From assembly GCF_009834535.1 (NCBI RefSeq), contig NC_045707.1:54934001-54998000 (forward strand): a stretch of DNA of 64,000 nucleotides, written 5' to 3'. Each line of letters begins with the position of its first letter. Position 1 is the stretch's first letter. The stretch is from Camelus ferus. Taxonomy: Eukaryota. The notes under the pieces were generated by a model. The model was not told where the DNA came from and searched no databases. It saw only the letters and a list, made by a program, of their open reading frames with translations. This document shows, in pieces, positions 13,416-26,720 of the stretch. Made by a program: the position numbers and the translations under genes.

Positions 13416-13600
13416 GTGATCATTTTATACTTTATAAAAACACCAAATCACTATTTTGTATACCTGAGACTAATATAATTATGTATATTAAGTATAACTC
13501 AATTAAAATGTTAAAAATTAAAAGGATTACAACTAAGCTTAATTTCCTCACTCAGATCACTCTTTTCTTAATTGCATGTTTCTAACTCTTTCACAATATA

Positions 13601-13804
13601 CAATTTACCCTTGAACAAAATGGGTTTGAAATGGGCTATAAGCAGATCTCTTTCAATAAATATGTACTGCATTACTGTACAATCTGCAGTTGGTTGAATC
13701 TGTGGATGCAGAATTGTGCAGAAGGCTGACTGCAAAGATATACATGGATATGATTACTCTCGAGGTTGGCGACCATGACCTCCATGTTGTTCAAAGGTCA
13801 ACTC
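13601..13804 (+). mobile_element. TcMar-Tigger MITE (Tigger2/MER8-like)
   Basis: Terminal inverted repeats caatttacccttgaacaa ... ttgttcaaaggtcaact, preceded by TA. Confidence 0.8.
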
Positions 13805-14384
13805 TGTTCTTTGTTTTTTTACATGTACATGCACATGCACAAACATAGACACAAAAACACTATTGAGTAAATATATCTACTTTTGACATGTTTTGTTGAT
13901 AGTTAAATTTCACAAAGCACAGTTTTTCATAAATTCGGTATGCCTCTTTAGATTGTATGAACATGCAGTTAGAAATCTAGCCTACTATAAGTTATCAGAA
14001 TATCTGAATTTATATCAAGTTTTATTAGTATGATTTGTAATGTAGATTTTATTTCTTGAAAGGACAATCTAGAACTTCCTCTACACATGGGAAGATTTTA
14101 CTTCTTTGGAAAGAATAATGAGTTATATAATATATTGAAACAAATGTTTTCTAGTTTATTTTTCAATATAAAATAGAAATCTGAATATGATGTGATAAAA
14201 ATATCATAGTGAGTAGTGAATATAAGGGATAAATTTGATCACTTTTGACCCAAGAATATAGGATGTACTCACATATATCTACATTATCTTATTATTGACA
14301 AAAGTGTTTTAGAGACCTCCTAATGGTAAAATAATTCATTCTATCAAATAAAATCCTTTTTTTTATAAAGATCCCTTCAAAAAG

Positions 14385-15240
14385 TTATTCAACAAATATT
14401 TTGTGCCTACTCTTTGCCAAGCTACATGCTAGACTGAGGACATAGAGAGAAATACAGCACCTCCCATTTCAGGATGCTGTCAGTCTAACAGAATAAAATA
14501 ATATGAACATAAATTATTACATGTAAGACCTGAACAATCTTTTACCTAAGTGTAATAGTAAAACAAATAATGGATTGATCAACTCTGATAGGGTAAATAA
14601 AAAAAAGTGTTTCATAGATGCTCACAGTAGGCTTTAAAGAATTAGTTGTTTTTCAAGTGGGGAAGAAAAGAAATTACTCTAGGGAAAACTAGCAAGATCC
14701 TAAAGGCAAATTTACCTGAAATTAATTAGTAGGGTTAATCAAAAATATTAGATAGAGGAAGAGATGTTGAGAGTAGGCTTTAAAAGATTAGTAGTTATTC
14801 AGGTGGGGGAAAAGACATTATTTTAGAGAAAAGCAGTGGAATTCCAAAAGTATATCTCCCTGAAATTAACATGGAATTTAGGGAAATTTTAAGCTTGTCA
14901 TGGCTAAGGCAAAGATTATATGTAGTTGTTTGGCTAGGGAAGATATTGAAGAAATAAACCAAGGCCAAACAATGGGGACTATTGTTATGAGTTTAGATTT
15001 TCACTCTTTTTGGTGACTTGGAAACAAGATATTTAAGGATTTTACTATGAGAATTATAGGATAAGACTGACATTTTAGATTTATTCCCTAACAAATTAGA
15101 GAAAATATTGTAAAGGTGGGTTTAAGTGAGAGGTTAGAAGTCCATATATAAACATTTTTTTAGCATCCAGGAGAGAGGAAGAAGAAATGCAGATGATGAC
15201 TAGAGGGCAGAAAAGGAAGAGATTGCAAAGGAGAAATAAC
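14385..15240 (-). mobile_element. L2 fragment
   Basis: ttattcaacaaatattttgtgcctactctttgccaagc...gctagactgaggaca = reverse of L2 3' end, followed by purine-rich L2 body. Confidence 0.65.
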
Positions 15241-15760
15241 TGAACTGAGAATCCAGACCACTTCTGTCAACAAGACTTAGCTATTTATTCTAGAAAATTA
15301 TTTGCTAGGAAGGTAATGCTGTAGACCAATAATTACTTTCTCTGTTTGCCAGTTTGCATCAGGAAGTTCTTGCAAACAAATTTATTTGAGCAGTTTGCTC
15401 ATCTGGACAAACAGATGAGATCTCCCATTAAGATAACATCTTGCTCACCTGGACAAACATCTTCCATCTCAGATACCAGTTTGCTTTCAAAGACTCCTCA
15501 AAATTCTTGTCATATTGAGTCCACCAATCCTAAATTATTATATCATGAGTTTTCCCCAATGCCGATAAATTCTCCATCTTTAAGAATACACCTAATACCA
15601 CTTGCACCTAGATTTCAGACTCTGAAAATACCTTTTCCTAACTTGCCTCTTCTGAGATGATTGAGACTTAAGGTGGCATTATCCCTTGCTGGAGTAAGTT
15701 TAATAAACTGTTTTACTTGATGAAAATATTTTTTTGTTGATCTCTGTGAGAGAGTTTACA
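15241..15760 (+). mobile_element. Old LTR (probably ERV1 MER-type) interrupting L2
   Basis: LTR-like layout with ccaatc, aataaac near 15702 and ...gtttaca end; internal ctggacaaaca repeat; no TSD found. Confidence 0.5.
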
Positions 15761-15898
15761 GCCAAGGGGACTTACTGATTTCTTGTATATTATAGATGAA
15801 GGGGAAGGAAGGAGGCAAGGCGGATGTGTGTGAATAAAGGCATTGTTGCTCTTAAGAAAGAAGGGGTCCTGCTAAAAAGCAATTTTAGGTTGACCTAT

Positions 15899-16370
15899 TG
15901 TGATGGCTAGTTTTGTGTAATTTTAGTAGGTCACAGTACCCAGATATTTGGTCTGAATATTGCTTTAAAGATATTTTTAGGTGAGATTAACATTTAAATC
16001 ATTTGATTTTGGGTAAAGGTGATAACCCTCCATAGTATGGATGGGCCTTGCCCAATGAGTTGAAGGGCTTAATAGAAGACATGCTAAGGCCCCCAAGAAA
16101 GAGGGAACACTGCTAACTGACTGTCTTTTGACTGGAGTTGTAACATCAACTCTTCCCTTGGTCTCCAGCCTGATGGCCTACAGAATTGGGACTAGCCCAA
16201 ACAGTTGTATAAGCTAATTCCTTAAAATCTCTCTCTTTCCTTTTCACTTTCTCTTTTTCTTTCCTTTCTCTCTCTCTCTTTCTGTGTATATATATATATA
16301 TATATATATACATACACACATACATACACTCACATTCTACTGGTTTTGTTTCTCAGAGAACCCTAATACA
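15899..16370 (+). mobile_element. ERVL LTR MLT2 (MLT2D-like)
   Basis: Starts tgtgatggctagtttt, internal gagattaacatttaaatc and ccaatgagttgaagggcttaatagaa, ends tctcagagaaccctaataca; 5-bp TSD cctat/catat. Confidence 0.9.
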
Positions 16371-16709
16371 CATATCAGTTAGTTCACTATAAAATTGATT
16401 ATTTATATATTGAATACCAATTAAGCTTTGCTTTTTGTACTGAGTGAGGTTACATATACTCTACCTAGAATATGATATACTAACAACATGTCAATATGCT
16501 ACTATTATTGAGCTAGTTAATGAGATTTTGGTAATTTAGTCCATTGGCCATTATTTCTATTCCATTTAAATTTTTTCTCCAGATCAGTGTAGAAATCTAT
16601 TTGCTAAAAAATTGTTATTGTTATTTTTATTTACATTATTTTTAACTACCGTATTACTTATTATGTTTAAATTGTTTTATGAAGCATGCTAAGGAAATTA
16701 CACTTGTTT

Positions 16710-16895
16710 TATAAGTTAATCACCAAAACTGAGTAAAGAGGTAAGTACCATGGTCATGCCCCTTTTTTCAGGTGAGAAAGTTGGGAAGAGTTAGGCTAAT
16801 TAATTTACTTAAGAGCACACAGCTAGAGTGGAACAAACAGGACTGAACCCAGATTATATGTGTTAAGGCCCATATGCTTGACTTGCATGCCATAC
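16710..16895 (-). mobile_element. MIR SINE
   Basis: ccttttttcaggtgagaaagttggg...cacacagctagagtgg...ggactgaacccag. Confidence 0.7.
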
Positions 16896-18504
16896 TTCAA
16901 ATGGATAATAGAAATAACCTTTATGCATTTTTCTACAAGTTTCAAGGCAAATACTGAATAAAGCAAGACATGGTGGAAAGACATTATAACAACTATAGTT
17001 AAAATGGAGTTCTAATCTTGTTTCTGTTGTACTTTGTGAACTTGTGTTTTAATTAACCCGTCTGGTCTTAATTAGAGTAATTGGAATTGGACTAAATTAA
17101 GGCACTATCATTTGAGAGCCCATGAATAATTTTATGAAAACGTAGACATTTTAAGTATTCTTGGCATAGTATTTTTTGTTTTTTTATATCTGGAAATTAA
17201 GTGTTAAAAATAGCAGACTGATCTGATACTTTTCATTTTTAAACATAATGTTTCTTTATTAAATATAGATCAATAGACTATTCTGTTTATAATAATTCAG
17301 TGAAGACACTGCAGGTTGGTAAAAAGAGTTTAATTGCTGTGCCAATTTCTGATTTATCTTGTTAGTGTGCTCTACTTTATATTTTAAGGAATGATTTTTT
17401 TAAGTATTCTTAATCCTTTAATTCTGGGGGCAGATGATACAGAAATCCTTTCAAAGATTGCACATGTGCAAACACAAGCTTCAATTTTAGATTATAAAGA
17501 GTTTCTAGAATTATTTAAACAGTTTATTTGAAACCATCTAGCAGTCCACAGTAAGCTAGTATCTTCTCTGTAACAACTCAGTTCTGATTAATTCACATCT
17601 CAGGACATATCACTGACTGTTACTTAACATTTACTTTGCAAGACTTCCTGAATTATAACACATGTGCTTCTATATGTTCTACTATTTCACTGCAATTTAC
17701 AGACGATAGTTTCATATTAAACATAGAATGAAGAAAGTAATACAAATGATTTAAAAGCTGCATTTATAAATATATATAAATATATAGATAAATTGTATTC
17801 TTCCCTATTTTGATAAAAAAGGTCACCTTTTAAAATGCAGAATAGAGAATTATATATATAAACCTTTTGAATAAGAGAAAAAATATATTTAGCATGTGGT
17901 TACATCAATGAATATGCTATGTGGAAAAATAATTTAAAAATAAAAACCATCTATGCTTGTTGTGAATGTAGTGTTTTTCTCTGTAAACCCATAGACTAGA
18001 GCTGTTAGTAACAGGAAGTCAGCCACCTGGCTTTTTTGGTAAGGCTAGAAATAGATGGGCTTTGGGAGGTATCCTTTATTCCTTTTAAACTTCCCCAGCC
18101 TCTTATTCTCTAGCCCTTTCAGAATTGGCCACTTTTTCTATTAACCACTTATTTACAACTTACCTGCTTTCAGATGAGTTTGAAGCTACATACAATAAAA
18201 ACACCAGACACAATAATACTATAAAACCATACAAAAAACCTAGACTAATTAAAGCTGCTGAAATTGAGTACAAGGAATGGAAAGGCAAAAAAGGGTGGGA
18301 AAAAAGCTTGCTTATCTAGTAACAACGGTCAAAATAAGGAAGCATGGCATCCTATCAAAACGTATGAGTTTTAAATTTAATTCTTAGCTCTCACCCTGAG
18401 AAAAATTTAGTTTGTTTTTATGTACAGATATACAGTATAAGCAGATAAGTCAAAATCTGTAGTTGTCATTAGAATAAGTAAAATATACAAAAAAAAAAAA
18501 AGAA

Positions 18505-18680
18505 AGAAAGAGAAAGGTCATGAAAGACAAAGACATAAGAAACTGTCATGGGTTGGAGAACTGTGCTGTGATGACAGTGCAATGTGGAATCCTTGACTGG
18601 ATCCTAAAATAGAAAAAGGACACCAGTAGAAAAACTGGCAAAAGCCAATTAAAGTTTGTAGTTATTATTTAACAGTTAAT
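18505..18680 (+). mobile_element. L1MC/L1MD-type 3' end fragment
   Basis: aaggtcatgaaagacaaag...tgcaatgtggaatccttgactggatcct...gaaaaaggaca. Confidence 0.7.
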
Positions 18681-20189
18681 GAACTAATTACTGGATACTT
18701 TACTAATTTCAGTGATACATTACAATAGCAGATGAAAATTATATTTGCTTTCTGTATTACAGTGATAATGTGGTATAATTAAATAAATCTAAAAGTATTA
18801 CCTCAATTGAACCCCATTTAGTGGTGTATCCAGGTGTCTAGGAAACAGCAGACACTAGTTAAAGTCTAAAAGAGGAGGGAACAAAGAAAGAAAACATTTA
18901 ACATTGCTAGCAAGAAGGAAAGATATTACACAGAAGCCTGAAATTATAAAGAACTCATATTAGAGTAAGAAAATGTTAGCTTAGAAATTAGAGAAGGCTT
19001 GGGTCACTGACTTGTACTTCCCTCTTTTAAATGCCAGGGAGATCACTGAAACAAACTACAAAAAAATTTGAAGGATGAGGAAAATGTCGTGGATTAAATG
19101 ATCAAAATAATGTAAAAAACAGGAATGATTATACTTCCAAGAATCTTCGTGTAGAAATTCCACAGGACCTGCACCTGTCAACTACCTTCCAAAGAAAAGG
19201 TGCTGGGCTATTAATGTTGCAGGTAGCCTCTAAGTTTTAGAGGGATTACCTCAAATTGTAATTCATTTAATATGAAAAGCAACCTGAAAAAAAGTTGTAT
19301 CATTACTTCACATCTTATGTTAGCAAGATAAATGTCTGATTGCTTTAAATGTTAAATGTAGACAGTAAGAAATAGAAGCATAAGAGAATAAAATATAGAC
19401 CAGGAATGCATGATTATAGATTGAGATACACCTTTTTGAGTTAAAAGATACTGAGTAACACTATGAAGAAAAATATTGATAAATACTAAGTCCTAAATTG
19501 TAATAACTTATGTACCTATATCTACACACTTAAGCGTAATATGTACAAACATTTTTAAAGACCCTAAAAATTAGTAGCAAAATATTTTGTAACCAAAAAA
19601 TAAATATCTCTATTGTGTAAAGAATTTCTGTAGATAAAATATAAAATTAAGTATCACAATGAAAAAAAAAGGGCCATTGCTTTGATTCAATGGGCCTGTA
19701 ACCTTGAAAATGAATCCTTCTACCTCCCACTCACACGCTAATAATCAAATTAATATACATACTGTAAGGACAGTAGTTAATTGAACACTCACATAGCTGA
19801 GAATATTTTCTATACATTTCAAGTCATTGTCAATCTTTTTTGATATACAGTCTTCCTTTGCTGGCTAGAAATGCCAACCTTCAGAAAAATAAATAAATTT
19901 TAAATGCCTTAGATTGTCCTTGCTCTGTTAATATTTTTATTTAGGTGACTCCAACATGTTTTTTAAAATTTACTAAATATGTAGACTCTTTTACAGTTTG
20001 TCATAGAAACTCACTGTGCCCTTGTTCATTTTCTTAGCCCTTAATTAGTTCCAGTGTATGTTTTAATTTTCTATTAATACATTATTTTTGTAACTGCAAT
20101 TTAGTGTTACTTTTCTCAAAATACTTTCAGGCATTTAATGTTATATACTTACTGGTAATGTATCTCTTTTCTATCTCTTTCCATATACA

Positions 20190-20480
20190 CTACATGTCCT
20201 TTAAATTTATTTTTTTCTCTAGTCATTTGTATAGTGTAATGTGCACATATAACTTATTGAAATATATATGCATGTGTATGCCTGTGTATGTAATTCGCAT
20301 GTTCAAAGTGTGCAGCTCGATGACTTTTGCACAAAATGAATACACTTGTGTAGTCATCATATAGATAAAAGAGTATATTACCAGCACCATAGTGAACCCA
20401 TTCATGCTTCCTTCTAGTCAGTAACTTCGTAAGACAACCAATGTCTTTATTTACAATATAATAGGCTAATTTTGCTTACA
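20190..20480 (-). mobile_element. Old L1ME-type 3' fragment
   Basis: aaagtgtgcagctcgatgacttttgcacaaaatgaatacacttgtgtagtcatc. Confidence 0.6.
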
Positions 20481-20619
20481 TCAGTGTTTTTTTAAAGCCT
20501 ATTGAGTTGTTACTTCATTTTTTCCAATACTATACTTTCATCTGCCTTGCCTAATTATTACCTTAAAATTATTAGTATCATTAATTACATGGGTTCTTGT
20601 CCCAGAATGGTTAATGAGA

Positions 20620-20930
20620 ACTCCCTCTTCTAGCCATGGGAAAGTATTAAAACTAGACTTACTGTCTTATCATAGGCAACCAGAAAACTGTGCAAAATAT
20701 ACAAAAAAAATTGTATTCAGACATCACAAAACAGGCAGCACAGGACCTGTATGCTACAAATTCTGGGATTTCAGCCCAACTGATCTTCCCAAGAGAAGGA
20801 AACAAATAACATAAGGTCTCTAATCACCTGCCTTTCCCCCTAAGGACATTTTCTGGACAATGATGCATGTATAGTTGATGTCCCATAAAGGTGGATTTTG
20901 GTCAGGAGAAGATAGAGATGGAAAAGTCAG
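20620..20930 (+). mobile_element. Old L1M 5'-end fragment
   Basis: caaccagaaaactgtgcaaaatata...ttcagacatc..aacaggcagcacaggac resembles L1MD/L1MC 5' ends. Confidence 0.45.
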
Positions 20931-20979
20931 TATACACACTGCATAGCTTTTCTCTTTCCCAATATCCTGGCTGAATATT

Positions 20980-21192
20980 GTACAGGGTTGATCAGCATGT
21001 TCCTTGTGATGTGACTCAGCAATGGCCAGCTCAGTAGTGCAGCCCTTTGAATTTACTCTCCCAACTTTTGAATCTCATTTTCTTATTTCCCCCCACTTCT
21101 TTCTTTTTTTTAGATTGCATAACACCTTTCCACAATGTTGTCATTTAAGTTTCTGCCTTAGGTCCTGTGTTCTAGGTGAACTGAGCTAAGAA
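20980..21192 (+). mobile_element. ERVL LTR fragment (LTR33/LTR16-like)
   Basis: Ends ctgccttaggtcctgtgttctaggtgaactgagctaaga. Confidence 0.55.
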
Positions 21193-22829
21193 AACTCAAA
21201 AGGAAAGTTTGAGTGTTTTTTCCCACCCCTCCTACCATGTTTGTGATATGAAAATACAATCGTAAAATGTTACCTTGAGTCTGCTCATGTCTGAGACCTG
21301 AAAAGCTTCTGTGTGTTGCTCTCCTTTATTTTTATGTCAGTGTAAATAGCAATGTATGTGGTTACATATCTTCATTGTTTGGCAACTTCTTGTCCAGCAT
21401 AGCTACTAGATAGAAAACTCACAGATCAGGAGACTTGAGTGGGAAAAGCACTTTCCCCTGTTGTGTAGTTACTTAGTAAGGGTTCAAAGAAAGCTGGCAG
21501 CCTGATATGTGGATTGCTCTCCTTGTTTTTATCATGTTAGAGAGCATAACATCTTGGTTCTGGACTCTCCATAATGTATGTTGTGTCTGGACTTCACTAT
21601 AAAATCTGGCCCCACTTGCTCAGTACATGGCCATAGGTCTTACTCAGATAAATTTTTATACCATTTCTGGTTTTCTTTCCATTTTGTCATCTTTTTGGCT
21701 ATGAACTCTCATAGCTCTTGCTTAAAACCATGAATTTAAGACTGAACTCTAGAGAATAGGATATTTATTGAATTGTATGTAATGGTGCTTCCAGGAGTAT
21801 TCTAAAACTGAGGCCATGAATATAAAACTAAACATTAAACATGAATTATCTCTGTTAACAAGAGAGAAAACTGACTCATATTACTTTTGAAAGCACAGAC
21901 ATAATTTTACCTCTATGATCACCTTTAAGAAACATAGGCCAATGTCAATATAACCTGTCACATAATAACTTTGTCATTTTTATCATAACATGTACAATCA
22001 AAGAATTGAATTTCATTTTCTGAGCCATACCTTGGACTTTTTCTGCCTTAAAAGACTCGAATTTTGGGGAGCATGACTGTATCATAGCTCTAGAAAATTT
22101 TGCATTAGGGTTTATGACACTGTATAATGAGAAAAACATAAAGACAGTTTCAGGTATATTAAAATCATTCCAGCATGCTTGATGATACTATTTCAGTCTG
22201 TTTGATTTATTTAAAGCCTGCAGTTTAACCTTTTTTAGGACAGTATATCACTACCATGTTCATTTATAGAATATTAACATTCAGTTAGTAGCAGTGAAGT
22301 GGATTTATGGCACAGAAAATATCTATCCTGACTGATGACAAATAATAGGAAAAGGAGCTTAGATATAGATGGTTACATTTTATAAAGTTTTTAATTTGAA
22401 AACTTGAATTGATTTTAGAAAATATTAAAAAGGAGACTGAGGGCTCTCTCTAACCTTTGGGCTTTAGTTTGAAAATAAAGACAGCTTTATTTTTTTGTTT
22501 TTTAATGAAATCTAGAAGAATTGGCTACAAATTTATTAAGACTTGGCCTCTAAAACTCAAATAATGTAGATTTTTCTCTTTTATAAGTATTTATTCAGTC
22601 ATTTTAGCTCAGTGTATAATAAATAATAATATTTCTGACTTTTCTATGTTTTTGATGTCATAAAGACGTTTGAATGTAATCAGCCCTGAGTTGTGAGTAA
22701 GCTTGATATGTGAGGGGTATAATGTAGCAAGAGAGAACAGCAGTAGGAAACAGGATAAAAATGTAATTAATTCAGCATACTCCCCTTCCTTATTTTATTT
22801 GAATTTTAATGATATATAGTGTTTTCATT

Positions 22830-24520
22830 ACATTTATTTAAAAATATATTTCGAGAAAATTATAAATTCACTGCAGTTGTAATAAACAATACAATAAATT
22901 TCATATACCCTGCACTGTTTCCCCAATTATTGCAAAATAATATCAAAACCAGGAAATTGACACTAATAAAATCTACCAAACTTTTCCAGATTTCACTAGT
23001 TTTATATAGACTCCTTTGTATATGAGTGTGTAGTTTAGTTATACAGGTTTCTCACTGCTATCTGAAAGTAGAACACTCCTATGAAACCCTTTGTAAGCCA
23101 AAATGGCATAAATCAAACAAGCAATTAGCTTATGACCCATCTTGCTTAATAGATGCACAAAATAATTTGAGATAAAGCACAGGTGCTCACAGACACAGTT
23201 CAACGCTATGGAAGCTTGATGCTGAGATGCTGAGCATAGTGCCCTGGGAAGGGGCTTGGTGGTGCTACTCTCAGCTGTTGGGACTGCCTGCTGCCTCTGT
23301 AACAGCTCCCTGCGAGACAAACACTGAACAGTATTTTAGCTTTTGCCTTTTTTCCGTAAAAGAAAAAATCCTCTTTGGATTTCTTTTGGTTAGCAGAACA
23401 GGTATTAATGCAGGTCTTTTGGAAAAGTGAAGTGGCACAAAGCAAACTTGAAAAGTGGGGTGTATATGTTTACATTTTATTCCATATGTTGCTTCTTTTA
23501 TCTCCTACTACAGTCAAGATACAGAACAGCCCTATCACAAGGGACCTTCATGCTACCATTTTATAGACCTAACCACCTTCCTCCCTGTTCTCCATCCTCT
23601 AGTCCTTGGCAACTGCTAATGTTTTCTCCATTTATATAATTTTGCCATTTCTAGAATGCAATATAAATGGAATTATACAGTATATAATCTTTGGAGATTG
23701 TTTTGCACTCATCATAACTCATTGTGATCCATCTAAGTTGAATTAGTAGTTTGCTCCTTTATGCTGCTGAGTAGAATTCCATTGTATGGATGTACCACAA
23801 TTTGTTTGATCATTCACCTGTTGAAGGACAGTTCAGTTGTTTCCAGTTTGGGGCTATTATGAATAAAGCTGCTATGAACATTTATGTACAGATCACTTTC
23901 TGGGATAAATGCCCATAACATGTTGGGTATTTTGGTAAGCACACATTTACTTTTATAAGAAATTGTCATATTGTTTTCCAGAGTAGCTATACAAATTTGC
24001 TTTCCCATCAGCAATGGATGAGTGATGCAGTTTATTCATGTTATCACTAGTGTTCGATGATACCACCATTTTAACATGTTAGCCATTTTGATAGTGGTAT
24101 GTTATTGTGGTTGTTACATTTCCCTGATGGGTAATGATCTTGCACGTATTTTCATGTGCTTATTTGTCATCCATATACATATCCTTGTTATTGAATATCT
24201 TATGTCCATTTTTTAATTGGACTTCTTGATTTTTAATTGTTAAGTTTGAGAGTTGTTTATCTATCCTATATAGTATTTCTTTGTCAGAAAAATGGTTTGA
24301 AAATATTTTCTGTCAATCTGTAGCTTGTCTTTTAATCCTCTTAACAGGCAGTCAGTTTATCAGTTTTTCCTGTTACAGATTGTGCTTTTTGTATCAAGTC
24401 TAAGAACTCTTCTTCCTAGTTTCTGAAAGATTTTCTTCTTCTTTTTCCTGAAAGTTTAAAATTTTTATGTTTTACATTTAAGTTCATGATTTTTATATCA
24501 TGTGTGAGGCTTTGGTTTTT
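22830..24520 (-). mobile_element. L1M (L1MB/MC-type) 3' region, interrupted by a DNA transposon
   Basis: ttccattgtatggatgtaccacaatttgttt...ttccagtttggggctattatgaataaagctgctatgaacatt. Confidence 0.85.
23044..23468. mobile_element. TcMar-Tigger-type non-autonomous DNA transposon
   Basis: Preceded by TA; imperfect TIRs caggtttctcactgctatctgaaagt / acttgaaaagtggggtgtatatg; interrupts the L1M fragment. Confidence 0.6.
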
Positions 24521-25156
24521 AAAAGTTCTATAAATTTGGTTTAATTTTTATTTTAATTCTTTAATTTTAATGAAATATTAAAATTTTCAAATAGGAAGGG
24601 ATTTTAAAATTGTGTTATTAAATTCTATATTTATCATACAGAGATCAGAGAATGACATTTACAACATATTTATTTATGCACTTTAATTTTTTTATGATAC
24701 AATATTTGGCCAATTTTATGATTGCTCCATGTATACAGAGCTAAGAAATGACATAATATGAATGAAATGCTGAAAAGCTAGTCTCTAAATTTTCTTCTTT
24801 TAACCATTATACTCTGCCTCATATTCAGGAAACCAAGGACATACGGCTAAGCTACTAAAAAAGAGTTATCACTATCTATTTATCAGTCATCATTATCTGT
24901 CTATCTGTGAGGTTGTAGGGGTATCTATTTTACACTGTTATGCAAGCAAAATTAAAAGGTGAAGGTAGTGTACACACATATAGCTTCCTTCATTTAAAGA
25001 TATATATATCAAGGAGTAGACGTGGCTTAATTTGAGTAGGTAGAGTTGGGGATTTGAGGATGAGGGAAAGTCTATTAACTTTTTCTTTATAAATTTCCTC
25101 ACTTCAGTGTATTGCATTCATCATTTTATTATTTGGTAATTAAAAGGAATCATTTT

Positions 25157-25278
25157 GTATGTACATGTTTATATGTATGTACATGTATGACTGAAACATT
25201 ATGCTGTATACCAGAAATTGACACATTGTAAACTGACTATACTTCAATAAAAAAGTAATAAATTAATTAAAAAAAAAA
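25157..25278 (+). mobile_element. Short young L1 3' end with A-tail (camelid-like)
   Basis: tgtatgactgaaacattatgctgtataccagaaattgacacattgtaaactgactatacttcaataaaaaa; reverse-complement similar to 49650-49720. Confidence 0.85.
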
Positions 25279-26494
25279 GTCAAGGTGGAAAAGCAGGAAC
25301 ATTCAAAGGGCACATATCCAATGCCCTCAAGACAGTGTTGCTGGTTGTGGTTTGGCTTGTTGGTCTTTATAGGCATTTGTGACTCCAGGGCTTCTTCGGG
25401 GTAGGAGGTGGGCAGGAAAAGCATTGGAAAGAATCATCTTTTTAATTAAAAAAAGACAAAACAAAGAACATGTCCTTTGCAAAAAAATAAGCAATCAATC
25501 AATAAAGTAGGAAAATAAATAAGATTACAGTTTCCCTGATTTATCTAAAGTTATTAAAATTAATTGGTTTTATAGTTTTGTCCCCATGTATTTTCATAGA
25601 ATCAAACATTTTACAACATGAGAATGGTCTTGTTTATTATGCAGTAATAGCATATATTGAAGGTACATATTTTAAAAGTACTACATTTTAAAAGTAAAAT
25701 GGTAGAGTTTGAGTCCTATCTTTCATTTTGTTCTGTTAACTAGGTCAACTCCACGCTAAATTGTACCATGTGTTTTGTTTTACAATTAAAATAAATTATG
25801 TGTTTGTACAATAATTAAAGTTTGCCAAGGATACATGACTCATAAATTTAGAGTTCTTTCAATTAAAAACTATCATTTGACCGTAGTTCCTGGAAACAGG
25901 GACATTAACACCTGATAACCATTTAGGGAGAAGTACTTTGATAACATTTAAATCACTGATGTAAATTAATTTTTCTCAGAGATATGGGAAGTGACCCTGA
26001 GTGGCGGGTGGCAGTCCTGGTGAAGATTACAGCTGGAAATATACTAAGAAAAAAATTATTTCATCCATTAATAGAAAGTTTTCTATTAAGAAAAGTTAAA
26101 AATGAAAGTTAATTTATAAAATTTTGAATCCCCTAAATGGAACCAATATTTGGAAGGGATTTCAATATAACTTTATCAAGTTAATTTGAATTCAAAAAGA
26201 AGAATCATCTTGGCTTTACTCAAAACCTATTTCAAGTCAGAAACTCAGTCCAAAGAACAGACTTCCAATCATGCAATCAGTTACTCTTGCAATTACTATG
26301 CGAAATCTTTGTTTTTTTTATATTTAGCATGTCTTAATTTCTTAGTTTGATAATATATATTTAAATAACAATTATCTTAAAGATTAATTAGCTCTGAAAA
26401 AATAAATATAATAAATATCAATTTGCAAAATCACATTGATGATTATCTTATAATTTTAAATGTTTCTAATATGAGAAAACCTAATTAGCACAAA

Positions 26495-26720
26495 TTTTAT
26501 TTTTATATAACCAACATAACATGGTATAAGTTTAAGGTGTATAATATCTTGATTCGATAGATTTATATATTGCAGTGTGACTGCCAACATTGTGTTAGTT
26601 AACACCTCTAATCATGTCATGTAATAATCACTTCTTTTTTGTGATGGGAACAATTAGCATCTAGGCTCCTAGCAGCTTTGAAGTCTATAATACAGCATTG
26701 TTGACTATAATTTCTATTTT
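26495..26720 (-). mobile_element. L1MA9-like 3' end
   Basis: ataacatggtataagtttaaggtgtataat...gttagttaacacctct...agcagctttgaagtctataatacagcattgttgactata. Confidence 0.75.

Larger units (their letters stand above)
10313..13519 (+). mobile_element. LINE-1 with 5'UTR, decayed ORF1, ORF2 C-terminus only and 3'UTR (internally deleted / HAL1-like)
   Basis: 5' gaggagtgtaagatggtg (decayed YY1 motif), GC-rich 5'UTR, ORF1 remnant, ORF2 C-terminal [25 protein letters not shown], 3'UTR and A-rich tail; candidate TSD aaaatgatta (10303-10312) / aaaaggatta (13520-13529). Confidence 0.9.

Noticed and set aside
26068..26089. Perfect inverted repeat ttaatagaaa-gt-tttctattaa
   Set aside because: Short and AT-rich; expected by chance in this composition
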